From Candidatus Taylorbacteria bacterium RIFCSPLOWO2_12_FULL_43_20 (lineage in GTDB: Bacteria; Patescibacteriota; Minisyncoccia; Phycocordibacterales; HO2-43-120), in contig MHSK01000024.1 of assembly GCA_001821295.1 (NCBI GenBank), positions 1-51,877 of the forward strand: a DNA stretch of 51,877 nt, written 5' to 3'. Within the stretch, counting starts at the first letter, position 1. The number at the start of each line of letters is the position of its first letter. Positions 18,411 through 29,022 of the stretch are shown here, piece after piece. A program made the translations under genes and the position numbers. Under the pieces are notes generated by a model. The model worked only from the letters and a program-made list of their open reading frames with translations. It ran no database searches and was not told the origin of the DNA.

Positions 18411-19436
18411 ATGAAATTAAAGAGAAAATCGGCATTAATTACAGGCATCACAGGCCAGGACGGATCATATCTGGCTGAGTTTCTCGTGGCGAAGGGCTAT
18501 AAAGTCTACGGATTAGTTAGGCGTACGAGCACTGATCCGTTGGCGCGACTGGAATCATTATATTTTTCTCATAAAGTCACTTTTATAAACGGCAATATGC
18601 GCGACTCAGCGGCGCTTCAGCGTGCGGTTGAGATCGCAAAACCAGATGAGATTTACAACCTGGCGGCACAGTCTGACGTCGGGATTTCTTTTACTTGCCC
18701 CGAAGAGACTATGGAGGTGAATTATCATGGGCTCGGGCGTTTACTGTATGAAGCAATGAAAGTGAATCCCAAAGTGCGAATCTATCAGGCATCAACAAGT
18801 GAAATGTTTGGTCGGTCTAAACCTCCTCAGAGCGAAAAGACCGATTTTCATCCCGTAAGTCCCTATGGCGAAGCCAAACTTCGAGCGCATCTGGACTACG
18901 TGGTGGGTTATAGGGAGAAACACGGATTGTATATTTGTTCCGGCATTCTCTTCAATCACGAGTCTCCAAGAAGAGGCAAACATTTCGTAACTCGTAAGAT
19001 AACTCACTCTTTGGCAAAAATAAAGCTCGGCCTGCAAGACAAATTCGAGCTTGGAAATCTTGAGGCCAAAAGGGACTGGGGATTTGCCGGAGACTATATA
19101 GAAGCGATGTGGATGATGCTCCAAAAGCCAATGCCGGAAGACTTTGTGGTGGCGACAGGCGAGAGCCACACCGTAAGGGATTTCGTGGAAGAGGCTGCGG
19201 GCGCGCTGAATATTAAAATTTCGTGGCACGGGAAAGGACTGAGGGAACTGGCCAAAGATGAGGGTGGAAAAGTGATTCTATCTATAAACAAAAGTTTTTT
19301 TCGTCCGGAAGAGGTGGTTTATCTTTTGGGAAATAGTTCCAAGGCAAGAAAAGTTTTGGGGTGGAAGCCGAAAGTCAAATTCAAAGAATTGGTTAAACTT
19401 ATGATTGAGCACGATTTGAAAAATCTTGCTCATTAA
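18411..19436 (+). CDS. gmd: GDP-mannose 4,6-dehydratase
   Basis: ALITGITGQDGSYLAE, YNLAAQS, YQASTSEMFG, SPYGEAK, GILFNHESPRRG..FVTRK, RDWGFA. Confidence 0.96.
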   Translation: MKLKRKSALITGITGQDGSYLAEFLVAKGYKVYGLVRRTSTDPLARLESLYFSHKVTFINGNMRDSAALQRAVEIAKPDEIYNLAAQSDVGISFTCPEETMEVNYHGLGRLLYEAMKVNPKVRIYQASTSEMFGRSKPPQSEKTDFHPVSPYGEAKLRAHLDYVVGYREKHGLYICSGILFNHESPRRGKHFVTRKITHSLAKIKLGLQDKFELGNLEAKRDWGFAGDYIEAMWMMLQKPMPEDFVVATGESHTVRDFVEEAAGALNIKISWHGKGLRELAKDEGGKVILSINKSFFRPEEVVYLLGNSSKARKVLGWKPKVKFKELVKLMIEHDLKNLAH

Positions 19437-19547
19437 AAAAATACTAGGCAACATAAGCATTTTTTGTGCCAAACCCTCCCTTTGGATGAAACGGAGCAGT
19501 TTCTTTGCTCCACGTGGCAATTTGTTGTAGGATATCTTTACTTTCCA

Positions 19548-20561
19548 ATGGTGAAAAAAATAACAGTAGGGGTAATAGGAGCGGGATATTGGGGGCCAAA
19601 CTTGGTTAGAAATTTTTTGTTGGTTGATGATTGCTCGGTAAAGCACGTTTGTGACCTTGATATGGAAAAATTAAGGAAGCTTGAACGTCTCTATCCCCAT
19701 ATCAACTTTACCACGAGAGCTAGTGACATTTTTTCAGATAAGGAGGTGGATGCGGTGGCTATCGCTACACCCGTCGCTACTCATTTTGGACTTGCAAAAA
19801 AAGCTCTAGAAAACGGCAAGCATGTCTTTGTTGAGAAGCCGATTACGAAAACATCAGGCGAGGCCAAGGAACTGATAGCGTTGGCTAAGAAAAAAAGGCG
19901 GATTCTTCATGTTGATCACACCTTCATATATTATGGTCCGGTTATAAAGATAAAAGAAATAATTGACTCAGGCGCGCTTGGTGATTTGTATTATTTTGAT
20001 TCACAAAGAATAAATCTCGGGCTTATCCAGAAAGACGTGAATGTTTTTTGGGACTTAGCGGCTCACGATCTCTCCATATTGCAATACATATATAAATTTA
20101 AAGCAGATACAGTTTCCGCGAGCGCTACGCGACACGCGGGCAAAAATAAAGAAGAACTGGCTCATTTATCAGTTGAATATAGTAACGGTTTTGTCGCGCA
20201 TCTTCACGTAAGCTGGCTTTCTCCCGTCAAAATGAGACAGATTCTCATTGCTGGCAGTAAAAAGATGATTTATTTTGACGATATTGAGCCATCCGAGAAA
20301 ATCAAGGTATATTCAAAAAACATAGACTTCGTAAAAAAAACCCCCGAAGACCCGGCTAACCCCGTTTATAGGAGCGGCGATGTTCTTATGCCCATTTATG
20401 ACGATGAAGAAGCTTTACTTAAAGAGTGCGCGCATTTCGTAGCAAGCGTGCGCGACGGAAAGAATACCATAACAGATGGAACCAGCGGTCTAAAAGTCGT
20501 TGAAATTTTAGAGGCGGCGGACAGGTCAGTATTAAAACGAGGCGCCAAGGTGAAAATATAA
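19548..20561 (+). CDS. Gfo/Idh/MocA oxidoreductase (WlbA/WbpB-like)
   Basis: GAGYWG, AIATP..TH, GKHVFVEKP, WDLAAHD, SWLSPVK. Confidence 0.9.
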   Translation: MVKKITVGVIGAGYWGPNLVRNFLLVDDCSVKHVCDLDMEKLRKLERLYPHINFTTRASDIFSDKEVDAVAIATPVATHFGLAKKALENGKHVFVEKPITKTSGEAKELIALAKKKRRILHVDHTFIYYGPVIKIKEIIDSGALGDLYYFDSQRINLGLIQKDVNVFWDLAAHDLSILQYIYKFKADTVSASATRHAGKNKEELAHLSVEYSNGFVAHLHVSWLSPVKMRQILIAGSKKMIYFDDIEPSEKIKVYSKNIDFVKKTPEDPANPVYRSGDVLMPIYDDEEALLKECAHFVASVRDGKNTITDGTSGLKVVEILEAADRSVLKRGAKVKI

Positions 20562-20565
20562 ATCA

Positions 20566-22083
20566 ATGCCCGGAAAAAGAGACGTGTTTCAAAAAAAATA
20601 TATAGGCAAAGATTATGTCGCGTATGGCAGTGATCTTGTTTTGGACAAAGAAAAAGCGTGGAAGCAAATCTCTAGACGCGCTCGGAGATCAATAGAAGAG
20701 GCAAAAAACATACCAAATTTGAGGATAGAAAAAAGGGAGGGCAATGAAGAGGATATGAAATTATTCAGAAGCGTCTGGTATGATTCCGAGGATAAAGATC
20801 TTGATATGAATAACTTTGGCAAAAACACTCACCATACGTACTTTGCTTACTTGGATGGGAGGTTTGTAGCCGGGATTATCGCCGCGGAGGTAAAACATCA
20901 TTTATTTTTGCAGTTTTTAGGTTCAAATGATGAAGCGAAGAAACTCAATATCCCCAGCTTCCTTATATGGCATATTGTCCACGAATTTCATGGCTCAAAA
21001 CACAAATTTTTGGACATCGGTTGTTCCTTTCGATCGACACTGCAGGAATTTTTCAAAAATTGGGCGACTTATGAGTATCCGATAATTTACCATTCTCCCG
21101 ATCTGACCCCGAAGATAGACGCAACGCCTTTTGGTTCTGAGAGTATGAATGTTTTGCCCGATGACTCGGTGAATGTGGACGTGGAATTGGAGAAAAAGTT
21201 TGGTCCAAGGGAGTTTACGTATTTTCCCAGGGGAAAATACGCGATATATTCCATACTGAAGCATCTTGATTTAAAAAAAGACGAAGAAGTTTTTATAACC
21301 ACAACCACAGGATCCCCCTATCTTTCAATAGGCGTTTCTACGACCATTGAGGATGTGTGTCTGTGGTCGCGCAAGATAGGCAAAAAAACCAAAGCTATTT
21401 TTCTAATACATGAGTTTGGTTTTGTACACCCTAAACTGAAGGAAATGCGCGAACTGGCCGATAGGTTGAAAATTCCCTTGATAGAAGACTGTGCCTATGC
21501 CTGGCAATCAGGAGAGGCGGGTAAATATGGAGACTTCGTTATTTATTCTTTTCCTAAGTTTTTTCCCGTTCAATATGGAGGGTTATTGGTCGGTAAACAT
21601 TTTGCAGACAGGGATATCTGGGACAGGTTTTCTTGTCTTGATGTTGGAAAAACAGAGGTTATAAAAAGGCAGCTTTCATCTTATATTAAAGACATACAAG
21701 ATATTGTACGGAAAAGAAGAGAAAATTATGCGTATGTTGAGAAGCTGTGCAGGAATGAAGATTTTGAACCTTTTTTTGATATTAAGGATAATGAGACGCC
21801 GGGAATGTTTGTTTTAAAAGTGGAAAATCACGATAAAATAATAGAAATATGTTCCAGACTTAAACTATTCGGAATAGAATGCGGAGGGTATTATCATAAT
21901 GATGCCGTGTTTCTGCCTATTCATCAGAACCTCGGCAAAGCCCATCTGGATTATATTTTTGGAGCTTTGAGATCGCGATATCGGCTTGAGAATGGAATAT
22001 ATCCACCTGAATATTTTGACAAAATTTATGAGAGTAAAAGAGATAGAAACGATAGGGCAGAAGAGGGATGGGGGAAACAGTAA
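20566..22083 (+). CDS. fusion: GNAT/FemAB-like domain + DegT/DnrJ PLP aminotransferase domain
   Basis: N-terminal RRARRSIEEAK, VAGII, SFLIWH, FLDIG, FFKNW (GNAT); C-terminal IHEFG, IEDCAYA, YSFPKFFP..GGLL (PLP Lys), LPIHQ. Confidence 0.75.
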   Translation: MPGKRDVFQKKYIGKDYVAYGSDLVLDKEKAWKQISRRARRSIEEAKNIPNLRIEKREGNEEDMKLFRSVWYDSEDKDLDMNNFGKNTHHTYFAYLDGRFVAGIIAAEVKHHLFLQFLGSNDEAKKLNIPSFLIWHIVHEFHGSKHKFLDIGCSFRSTLQEFFKNWATYEYPIIYHSPDLTPKIDATPFGSESMNVLPDDSVNVDVELEKKFGPREFTYFPRGKYAIYSILKHLDLKKDEEVFITTTTGSPYLSIGVSTTIEDVCLWSRKIGKKTKAIFLIHEFGFVHPKLKEMRELADRLKIPLIEDCAYAWQSGEAGKYGDFVIYSFPKFFPVQYGGLLVGKHFADRDIWDRFSCLDVGKTEVIKRQLSSYIKDIQDIVRKRRENYAYVEKLCRNEDFEPFFDIKDNETPGMFVLKVENHDKIIEICSRLKLFGIECGGYYHNDAVFLPIHQNLGKAHLDYIFGALRSRYRLENGIYPPEYFDKIYESKRDRNDRAEEGWGKQ

Positions 22084-22114
22084 GTAGGTGTAAAAATAGG
22101 TGAGTAGATACACA

Positions 22115-22852
22115 ATGAAAATAAAAGAGATAAAAAAAAGGGAAAAATATGCGAGGGAGTATGATACTCGAAAAGATTTTGATAGACATTTTACAGATTT
22201 TCGATTTCGATGCCTGAAAGAACATTTTCCTATGCTTAAATCGGTTCTTGAGGTCGGCTGTGCCAATGGAATAATGACTGAAAAGCTTATAAAAATTTCG
22301 AAGGCGCTTCACGTTGTCGAGCCGTCAGAGCATTATATTAGAGAAACTGAGAAAAATTTGGGATCAAGGGCGAATAAGATCGTTTTTTTCCAAAGTTTTA
22401 TTGAAGATTGGAAAACGAACAATAAGTATGACACGGTTGTCTTGTCCAGTATTTTACATGAGGCAAAAGACCCAGTCTCTATGCTTAAGACAGCGAAAAA
22501 TCTATTAAGTAAGAATGGGATTATTTTTATAAATGTGCCGAACGCGCTATCTTTACATAGGCGGATAGGAGTATCGATGGGTATGCTTAAAAACGAGTAT
22601 GAGTTCAACGAGAGAGATAAAAAATTTTTACACAAAAGAAACTATGACATGGTTCATTTGACGCGAGACGCGAAAAATGCCGGACTTAAAATTGTAGAAA
22701 AAGGAGGATATTTTTTAAAACCGTTTTCAAACAACCAGATGGAAAAGTTTGACCTAAGGTTCGTAGAAGCGCTGTATGAAATCAGTAAGGAAGCCCCCGC
22801 GGATTTATGCGCGGAAATATATTTATTCGCGAAGAATAATGAATACAATTGA
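22115..22852 (+). CDS. class I SAM-dependent methyltransferase
   Basis: VLEVGCANG, VVEPS, NVPNALSLHRR, FLKPFSN.QM. Confidence 0.88.
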   Translation: MKIKEIKKREKYAREYDTRKDFDRHFTDFRFRCLKEHFPMLKSVLEVGCANGIMTEKLIKISKALHVVEPSEHYIRETEKNLGSRANKIVFFQSFIEDWKTNNKYDTVVLSSILHEAKDPVSMLKTAKNLLSKNGIIFINVPNALSLHRRIGVSMGMLKNEYEFNERDKKFLHKRNYDMVHLTRDAKNAGLKIVEKGGYFLKPFSNNQMEKFDLRFVEALYEISKEAPADLCAEIYLFAKNNEYN

Positions 22853-22927
22853 CAATTAACGCATAACAATTGACTTTTAATTTTTTCTTATATTAACAGG
22901 GCATGTTTATTATGACTCGCACTATTT

Positions 22928-24043
22928 ATGAAAATACCATTTCTAGACTTGAAAGCTCAATATAAGTCGGTGAAAAAAGAAGTAGAAACAGCCATTGCGA
23001 AGGTGTTTGAAAGCGGTGTTTTTGTGATGGGACCGAAAGTGGAGGAATTTGAAAAAAGTTTTTCAATATTTTTAAAAGCTGAAGAAACCGTGGCGGTTTC
23101 TTCAGGCACTGACGCTATACACATAGCGCTCAGAACTTTAAATATCGGCGCCGGAGATGAGGTCATTACCACCGCGCACACCTTCTTTGCGACAGTCGGA
23201 GCAATATTGCTAGTGGGGGCGAAACCGGTCTTTGTTGACATTGAAGAGAATACTCATCAGATCAATGTTGCTGATATTTCTAAAAAAATCACACCCAAGA
23301 CAAAGGCGATAATTCCGGTTCATCTCTATGGACAAGCATGCGATATGGATGCCGTCGTGGAAATCGCCAAAAAAAATGGATTGTTTGTAATAGAGGATGC
23401 TTGTCAAGCCCATGGATCAGAGTATAAAAGAAGAAAATGCGGCACAATCGGTGACATTGGATGTTTCAGTTTTTATCCTGGAAAAAATTTGGGAACTTAT
23501 GGCGAAGGAGGCGCATTAGTCACCGATAATCCAAATTACGCTCACAAGGCACGGATGATTAGAAACCATGGGTCAAAAGAAAAATACCGCCATGATATTT
23601 TAGGCGGGAATTTTCGCATGAGCGCGATAGAGGGAGCAGTGCTTGGGGCTAAGATGAAGCATCTTCCAAAATGGAACAAAGAACGCATAAAAAAAGCCGG
23701 TTTGTATAATAAACATTTGTCTGGCGTCAAAGATATTTTTCTGACAGTTGAGCCAAATTTCAGCAAAGGTAACTACCACCTTTATGTCATCAGGACGAAA
23801 TATAGAGACAAGCTTGCGAAATTTCTCAAGGAAAAGGGCGTAGAGACGGGCATCCATTATCCGGTTCCCGCGCATCTTCATAAATCGGTGGAATTTATTG
23901 GCATGAGAAGAGGCGATTTTCCAATAGCCGAGAAAGTTACAGATGAAATCATATCATTGCCGATGTATCCAGAGCTTAAAGAAAGCGAGATCAGGTATAT
24001 TTCTGAGTGTGTTAAAAAATTTTTTAAGCGTGGGAAATTATAG
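22928..24043 (+). CDS. DegT/DnrJ/EryC1/StrS aminotransferase (WbpE/FdtB-like)
   Basis: IPFLDLKAQY, SSGTDA, PVHLYGQ, IEDACQAHG, SFYPGKNLGTYGEGG, GIHYP, SLPMYP. Confidence 0.94.
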   Translation: MKIPFLDLKAQYKSVKKEVETAIAKVFESGVFVMGPKVEEFEKSFSIFLKAEETVAVSSGTDAIHIALRTLNIGAGDEVITTAHTFFATVGAILLVGAKPVFVDIEENTHQINVADISKKITPKTKAIIPVHLYGQACDMDAVVEIAKKNGLFVIEDACQAHGSEYKRRKCGTIGDIGCFSFYPGKNLGTYGEGGALVTDNPNYAHKARMIRNHGSKEKYRHDILGGNFRMSAIEGAVLGAKMKHLPKWNKERIKKAGLYNKHLSGVKDIFLTVEPNFSKGNYHLYVIRTKYRDKLAKFLKEKGVETGIHYPVPAHLHKSVEFIGMRRGDFPIAEKVTDEIISLPMYPELKESEIRYISECVKKFFKRGKL

Positions 24044-24071
24044 CCGAAATATAAACAAAAAACCCATTTAT

Positions 24072-24947
24072 ATGGATAAAATGCCTTGTTCAGTTCCGAT
24101 ACTTACCTTAAATTCCGAGAAATATCTGGAGAAGTGTCTTCAGAGTCTCAAGGATTTTCAGGACGTCTATTTAGTGGACGGAAACAGCACGGACAAGACG
24201 CTTGAAATAGCAAAGAAATTCGGTATCCCAGTGTATAAACAAGTAGAAACTGAAGAAAAAAACATCAGGATTGAAGACTTCTCGGCCATGAGAAATAAGT
24301 CAATATCTTTCGCGAGATGCGATTGGATTTTTGATATTGATTCGGATGAATTTCTAAGCCGTGGCTTGCTCCAGGAAATCAAAGAAGTGTTCGCCGAATT
24401 CGGGAATGAGGTGAATATAGGTTTTGAAATAGAGCATCAGAGTATTTTTGGCGAAAAAATAATAAAACATGCTTTCAATTACCCTAGCGTCTATTTGCGA
24501 TTATATAACAAAAAAAGCGGCATAAGATTCCAAGAAGAAAAGACGGTTCACGAGCAGCTGAGTGTTCCTTTGAGTGTCCAGAAAAAGACTCTTAAATTTC
24601 CCGTATATAGTTATGCGCCGGATACGCATGAAGAACTGATAAAAAAGGACAATGCGTACTTGACGATTGCGAGAAATAAATTTTTTACATGTAATCTTGA
24701 AGAGTTTAGTCTAAAAAAAAGGATCAGGTACATTTTTTTGGCGCTTAACGCTTTTGCCTTGAATATGGCTCGGGCTTTGTTAATACTGTCAAAGTCTGCT
24801 GTCATCTATCTCGCGTATGGATTTTCAGAATCTCTTCCGCCGCTTCAGGTTTGGAGGCACGTGAGGTATCATGTGATAATCAGCTTTTATAGACTGGAAC
24901 AGTTAATCAGATTATTGATTCCAGGCGGCCTATCATCAAAAAAATGA
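24072..24947 (+). CDS. glycosyltransferase family 2
   Basis: ILTLNSE, VDGNSTDKT, DFSAMRN, IDSDE, VHE. Confidence 0.88.
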   Translation: MDKMPCSVPILTLNSEKYLEKCLQSLKDFQDVYLVDGNSTDKTLEIAKKFGIPVYKQVETEEKNIRIEDFSAMRNKSISFARCDWIFDIDSDEFLSRGLLQEIKEVFAEFGNEVNIGFEIEHQSIFGEKIIKHAFNYPSVYLRLYNKKSGIRFQEEKTVHEQLSVPLSVQKKTLKFPVYSYAPDTHEELIKKDNAYLTIARNKFFTCNLEEFSLKKRIRYIFLALNAFALNMARALLILSKSAVIYLAYGFSESLPPLQVWRHVRYHVIISFYRLEQLIRLLIPGGLSSKK

Positions 24948-24948
24948 A

Positions 24949-25566
24949 ATGACTCATATATGGGACATATTCTTCAGAGAAAGAATAAGAAAAATCTTCA
25001 GTGAGAAAAAAAACGTGTTGGATATTGGTGGCGGACTGCGCGTAGTCAAGGAAAAAAACAATCGCTATGACAAAAAGCGAGAATGGATACGGCCTCTTAT
25101 TGAAAATGTTGACTACAAAATAATGGATCCGGTTTCCACATACAACCCTGACGTGGTGGGCGATATACACGATATCCCTTTCCCCGATCAGTCTCTGGAC
25201 GCTGTTATATGCATTGCCGTTCTGGAGCATGTGAAAAATCCAATTAAGGCCTGTGAAGAAATGCACAGAGTGCTAAAGCGCGGCGGTTACTGCTTCATTT
25301 ATGTTCCTTTTCTTTTTTATTATCACGCGGAAGAGGGTTATTATGGAGACTATTGGCGTTTTACTCCCGATTCAATAAACTACATGTGCCGAAGTTTTTC
25401 AGCAATTCAAATTCAAAGCGTCAGAGGAGCCATTCAAACATGGCTGCACTTGAGCCCTTTTGGCCGCTTGCCGTTTGTTCCAAGTGTCGCTTATTGGCTG
25501 GACAAAATAACAGGCAAGATCAAGAGCAAACAAACAAGCGGGTACAATATTTTTCTTGTCAAATAA
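24949..25566 (+). CDS. class I SAM-dependent methyltransferase (type 11)
   Basis: VLDIGGG, GDIHDIPF, VLEHV, RVLKRGG, YH..DYWRFT. Confidence 0.88.
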   Translation: MTHIWDIFFRERIRKIFSEKKNVLDIGGGLRVVKEKNNRYDKKREWIRPLIENVDYKIMDPVSTYNPDVVGDIHDIPFPDQSLDAVICIAVLEHVKNPIKACEEMHRVLKRGGYCFIYVPFLFYYHAEEGYYGDYWRFTPDSINYMCRSFSAIQIQSVRGAIQTWLHLSPFGRLPFVPSVAYWLDKITGKIKSKQTSGYNIFLVK

Positions 25567-25570
25567 GATT

Positions 25571-26689
25571 ATGCGAATACTTTATATAGCCAATTCGCGT
25601 TTGCCCACGGAAAAAGCCCACGGGTTGCAAATAGTAAAAACCGTTGAAGCGTTTATTGAAGAGGAGGCGTATGTAAAATTGATTATTCCGAGAAGAAACA
25701 ATCCCATTCAATCTACAATAAGTGATTATTATAATATTGTCAGAATTCCCGATATAGTCTACGTAAAAAATTATTTTGGATTTCTGGAGCGATATTTTCA
25801 CCATCCGTATTTTATTGTTCAGCGGTTTTCTTTTACGCTTGCCGCTTTGTTTCTCGGATTGCTTAGCAGGGAAGATATAGTATATTCTCGCGAGATAACC
25901 CTTTGTTTTTTGCTCGCGTTATTTGGTAAAAAAGTCGTCTTTGAAGATCATGAGCCGAAAAAGAAAATGAGACGGCTGTATTTTTTGTTCATAAAAGTTA
26001 TAGGTAAGAAAGTTATTGTTCCACCAATGCTCGGTGACTTGTACGCGAAAAATAATGTTGATAAAGAAAGTTACATAATTGCTCCGAACGGAGTAGACGT
26101 TAAGGAAATAAAAAATATTTCAGGTCTGGAAAATGACAAAATTCCGCAAACGGAAAAAATAGTGATGTACGTGGGACATTTCTACAGATGGAAAGGCGTC
26201 TATACGCTTATTGACGCGGCGCCAAGCATTAACGCCCGGATAATGCTTGTCGGCGGCAATGACGCCGATCGTATGGACGTAGAGGAATATATACGCTCTA
26301 AAGGGGTTACCAATGCATCAATACTTCCTTTTTTGCCCCACAGGGAAGTATTGCGGCTCATGAAGACCGCTGATGTTCTCGTACTGCCAAATACCGCCGA
26401 TGAGGAAAGATCCGCAAAGTACACGACGCCTATAAAACTTTTTGAATATATGGCTTCCGGCAGACCGATCGTCTCATCCGATATTCCGAGTGTATCGCAT
26501 TTTTTAAAAGATGGTGAGAACGCTATTCTTGCCGTTCCGGATGATCATGTTGACTTCGCGGAAAAAATATCTCTGCTTCTCAAAGATCCGGAGAAATCCA
26601 AAATAATCGCTGAAAGAGCAATGACTGACGCTCTGAATTATACATGGACCGCTCGGGCAAAAAAAATTCTTTCTTTTGTACAGTATTAA
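25571..26689 (+). CDS. glycosyltransferase family 4
   Basis: RLPTEKAHGLQI, PNGVD, YVGHFYRWKGV, TTPIKLFEYMASGRPIV. Confidence 0.9.
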   Translation: MRILYIANSRLPTEKAHGLQIVKTVEAFIEEEAYVKLIIPRRNNPIQSTISDYYNIVRIPDIVYVKNYFGFLERYFHHPYFIVQRFSFTLAALFLGLLSREDIVYSREITLCFLLALFGKKVVFEDHEPKKKMRRLYFLFIKVIGKKVIVPPMLGDLYAKNNVDKESYIIAPNGVDVKEIKNISGLENDKIPQTEKIVMYVGHFYRWKGVYTLIDAAPSINARIMLVGGNDADRMDVEEYIRSKGVTNASILPFLPHREVLRLMKTADVLVLPNTADEERSAKYTTPIKLFEYMASGRPIVSSDIPSVSHFLKDGENAILAVPDDHVDFAEKISLLLKDPEKSKIIAERAMTDALNYTWTARAKKILSFVQY

Positions 26690-26710
26690 TAGCTGTGATA
26701 GATTGCATAT

Positions 26711-28099
26711 ATGGCGACATTGACCAGAAAAATAATTGAAGGAACAGTAGCCACGTCTTTGGGAAACATTTTGCTAAAATTTACGGCTTTTGTTTCTTTT
26801 ATCATAATTACAAGCCAATTATCACTTCAGGACTACGGTATATTAAACCTGTTTTTTACCGTGGCCGGTCCGGCGGCTGCTTTTTCCATGATAAGTCTGG
26901 AACGCGTGGTGGTTGCTGATGCAGCTTCTTATCGAGGGTTGGGCAAATATGGATACGCGCGGAAATTGATTTCTGATTACTTTAAAATCACCTTAGTTTT
27001 ACTTACATCGCTTTTGATAATCTCATGGTTTCTCAAAGTATTGCTCACCTCTTATTTTTCATTGAACATATCAGCTTATTTTTGGCCACTTGCTTTTTTT
27101 GTGATCGGGCAGATAAGTATGAATTTCATTTCCGTTATTTTTGAAGCGTACGAAAGATTCAAATCGAGCGCGCTTTTTCAGTTTGGTGAAGCCTTCATCC
27201 GTTTCGTAGTGGTTCTTTCGCTTTTTCATTTCGGTTTTACATTGCTCTCCGTGTTCATGGCTTATATTATTTCCAAAATTCTGGTTGTGGTGCTTAGCGT
27301 GCCGTTTGCTATGCGCGCTATTAACAATGACAGTGAAATGCGTTTCTCTCGTGAGCCCGACGTTCCCAAGAAAAATTTGGTATGGGATATCATAAAAAAA
27401 CACGGTAAATGGGAAATGGTGAGAGATTTCCCTTCCAAAATTACGGGAATCGCTGCGCCTTGGTTATTGCGTATAACAATCAGTAATGAAGCTGTCGGGC
27501 TTTTTTCGTTCGCGCAAAAAATCTATTCATTCATATCATCAGCGTTTCCTCTAACCTCCATTATCTTTCCGATTATATCCAGAAGCATTTCTGAAAATGT
27601 TGAAAAAACAAAACTTATCATCGTGAAAGCCCAGAAATATTTGCTGTATTTATATTTACCGATGTATATTGCAGCCTATGTAATGATTGGACCGATTATC
27701 AAAACTTTTATTCCTCATTATATTGCCGCGGTATTGCTCATAAAAATTGTTCTTTTTGATCTGTTCATAGACGCTTTTTCTGTCGGCCAGTCGGCAGTGC
27801 TTTACGGTTTAAAACAGCAGAAATTAAGTTTGTTAATAAATATGATAATGCAGGTAATAATACTTGCGTCTCAGATCGTACTTATCACTTCTCTAGGCGT
27901 GGTAGGTGCTTCCATATCTGTATTGGTTACCGGTTTTTCTTCTTATTTACTAAGACGCTATATTCTTGAGAAAAAGCTGAATTTCTCGCCCGCAAGCGGC
28001 TGGAGAGTTTTTTTTACATACGACGAATATGACAAACTTATTGTGGATAAGATAAAAAATAATTTATTTCGATACGCGTGTCCTTGGAAAAAGACATAG
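26711..28099 (+). CDS. Wzx/MOP-family oligosaccharide flippase
   Basis: About 12 TM segments, LS.QDYG, AVGLFS.A, FPIIS, LGVVGAS pattern. Confidence 0.82.
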   Translation: MATLTRKIIEGTVATSLGNILLKFTAFVSFIIITSQLSLQDYGILNLFFTVAGPAAAFSMISLERVVVADAASYRGLGKYGYARKLISDYFKITLVLLTSLLIISWFLKVLLTSYFSLNISAYFWPLAFFVIGQISMNFISVIFEAYERFKSSALFQFGEAFIRFVVVLSLFHFGFTLLSVFMAYIISKILVVVLSVPFAMRAINNDSEMRFSREPDVPKKNLVWDIIKKHGKWEMVRDFPSKITGIAAPWLLRITISNEAVGLFSFAQKIYSFISSAFPLTSIIFPIISRSISENVEKTKLIIVKAQKYLLYLYLPMYIAAYVMIGPIIKTFIPHYIAAVLLIKIVLFDLFIDAFSVGQSAVLYGLKQQKLSLLINMIMQVIILASQIVLITSLGVVGASISVLVTGFSSYLLRRYILEKKLNFSPASGWRVFFTYDEYDKLIVDKIKNNLFRYACPWKKT

Positions 28100-28147
28100 A
28101 GGTGCTTTGTAATATTCCTAGTCTTATATATAATTGATTGCACCAAT

Positions 28148-28963
28148 ATGTTTCTTTCTGAGTCTATAAAGAGAAAATTAAGAAGAAGCCGCTTAGCCAG
28201 AGCGTTCTATCAAACTTGCCTTAAAAAAATTGTAACATTTCCACTGCGCTTTACTAAACTTAGAGTCCTACAGCTTAGAAATTTTCCACTTAAGGACCTA
28301 TTCAATCCCGATAAGACCTCTCTGTTGGTTACTGTCGCTCCTTACACGCAGGCAGGGTATCCGCGAATGACGAATATATATGATTTATCAAAGGACGTAG
28401 AGCAAAGACAATTAGCCGGAGCTTTTGTGGAATGCGGGACTTGGAAGGGCGGATGCGCGGCGGTTATGGGGGCGATTGCGAAGCGTTATGGAAGCAGAAG
28501 AAAAACGTACTATCTTGATTCTTTTGAAGGCATGCCGCCCGCAACAAAAGAAGACGGTCCGGGATCAGCAAGACTCGCTGGAGACAAACTTAAAGCATCA
28601 ATGGAGGATGTGAAGGAGCTTGTTTTCGGAAAGCTTCATCTTTCTCCCGATAAAAATATTTTGGTTAAGGGATGGTTTGAAGATACATTGCCGAAAGTAA
28701 AAAAAGAAATAGGGCAGATAGCCATACTTCGCTTGGACGCTGATTGGTACTCCTCAACAATGACTATTCTTAACGAACTCTATGACCAAGTTGTGTCCGG
28801 AGGATTCGTGATTTTTGACGACTATGGCACATGGCCGGGGTGTAGGCAGGCAGTCCATGAGTTTATAGAAAAAAGAAAGTTAAAAGTTAAATTCCAATAT
28901 ATAGGCACGAACGACCCGACCGCTTTCGGCAAACTTCCGCCTATGTATTTTGTGAAGCCATAG
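28148..28963 (+). CDS. TylF/MycF-type sugar O-methyltransferase
   Basis: GAFVECGTWKGG, DSFEGMP, KGWFEDTLP, ILRLDADWYSST, FDDYG. Confidence 0.92.
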   Translation: MFLSESIKRKLRRSRLARAFYQTCLKKIVTFPLRFTKLRVLQLRNFPLKDLFNPDKTSLLVTVAPYTQAGYPRMTNIYDLSKDVEQRQLAGAFVECGTWKGGCAAVMGAIAKRYGSRRKTYYLDSFEGMPPATKEDGPGSARLAGDKLKASMEDVKELVFGKLHLSPDKNILVKGWFEDTLPKVKKEIGQIAILRLDADWYSSTMTILNELYDQVVSGGFVIFDDYGTWPGCRQAVHEFIEKRKLKVKFQYIGTNDPTAFGKLPPMYFVKP

Positions 28964-29022
28964 GGTTTGTATACCGTATGTTGCCCAACTATTAATACGG
29001 AGATCCTGGATATTGTCTATTT

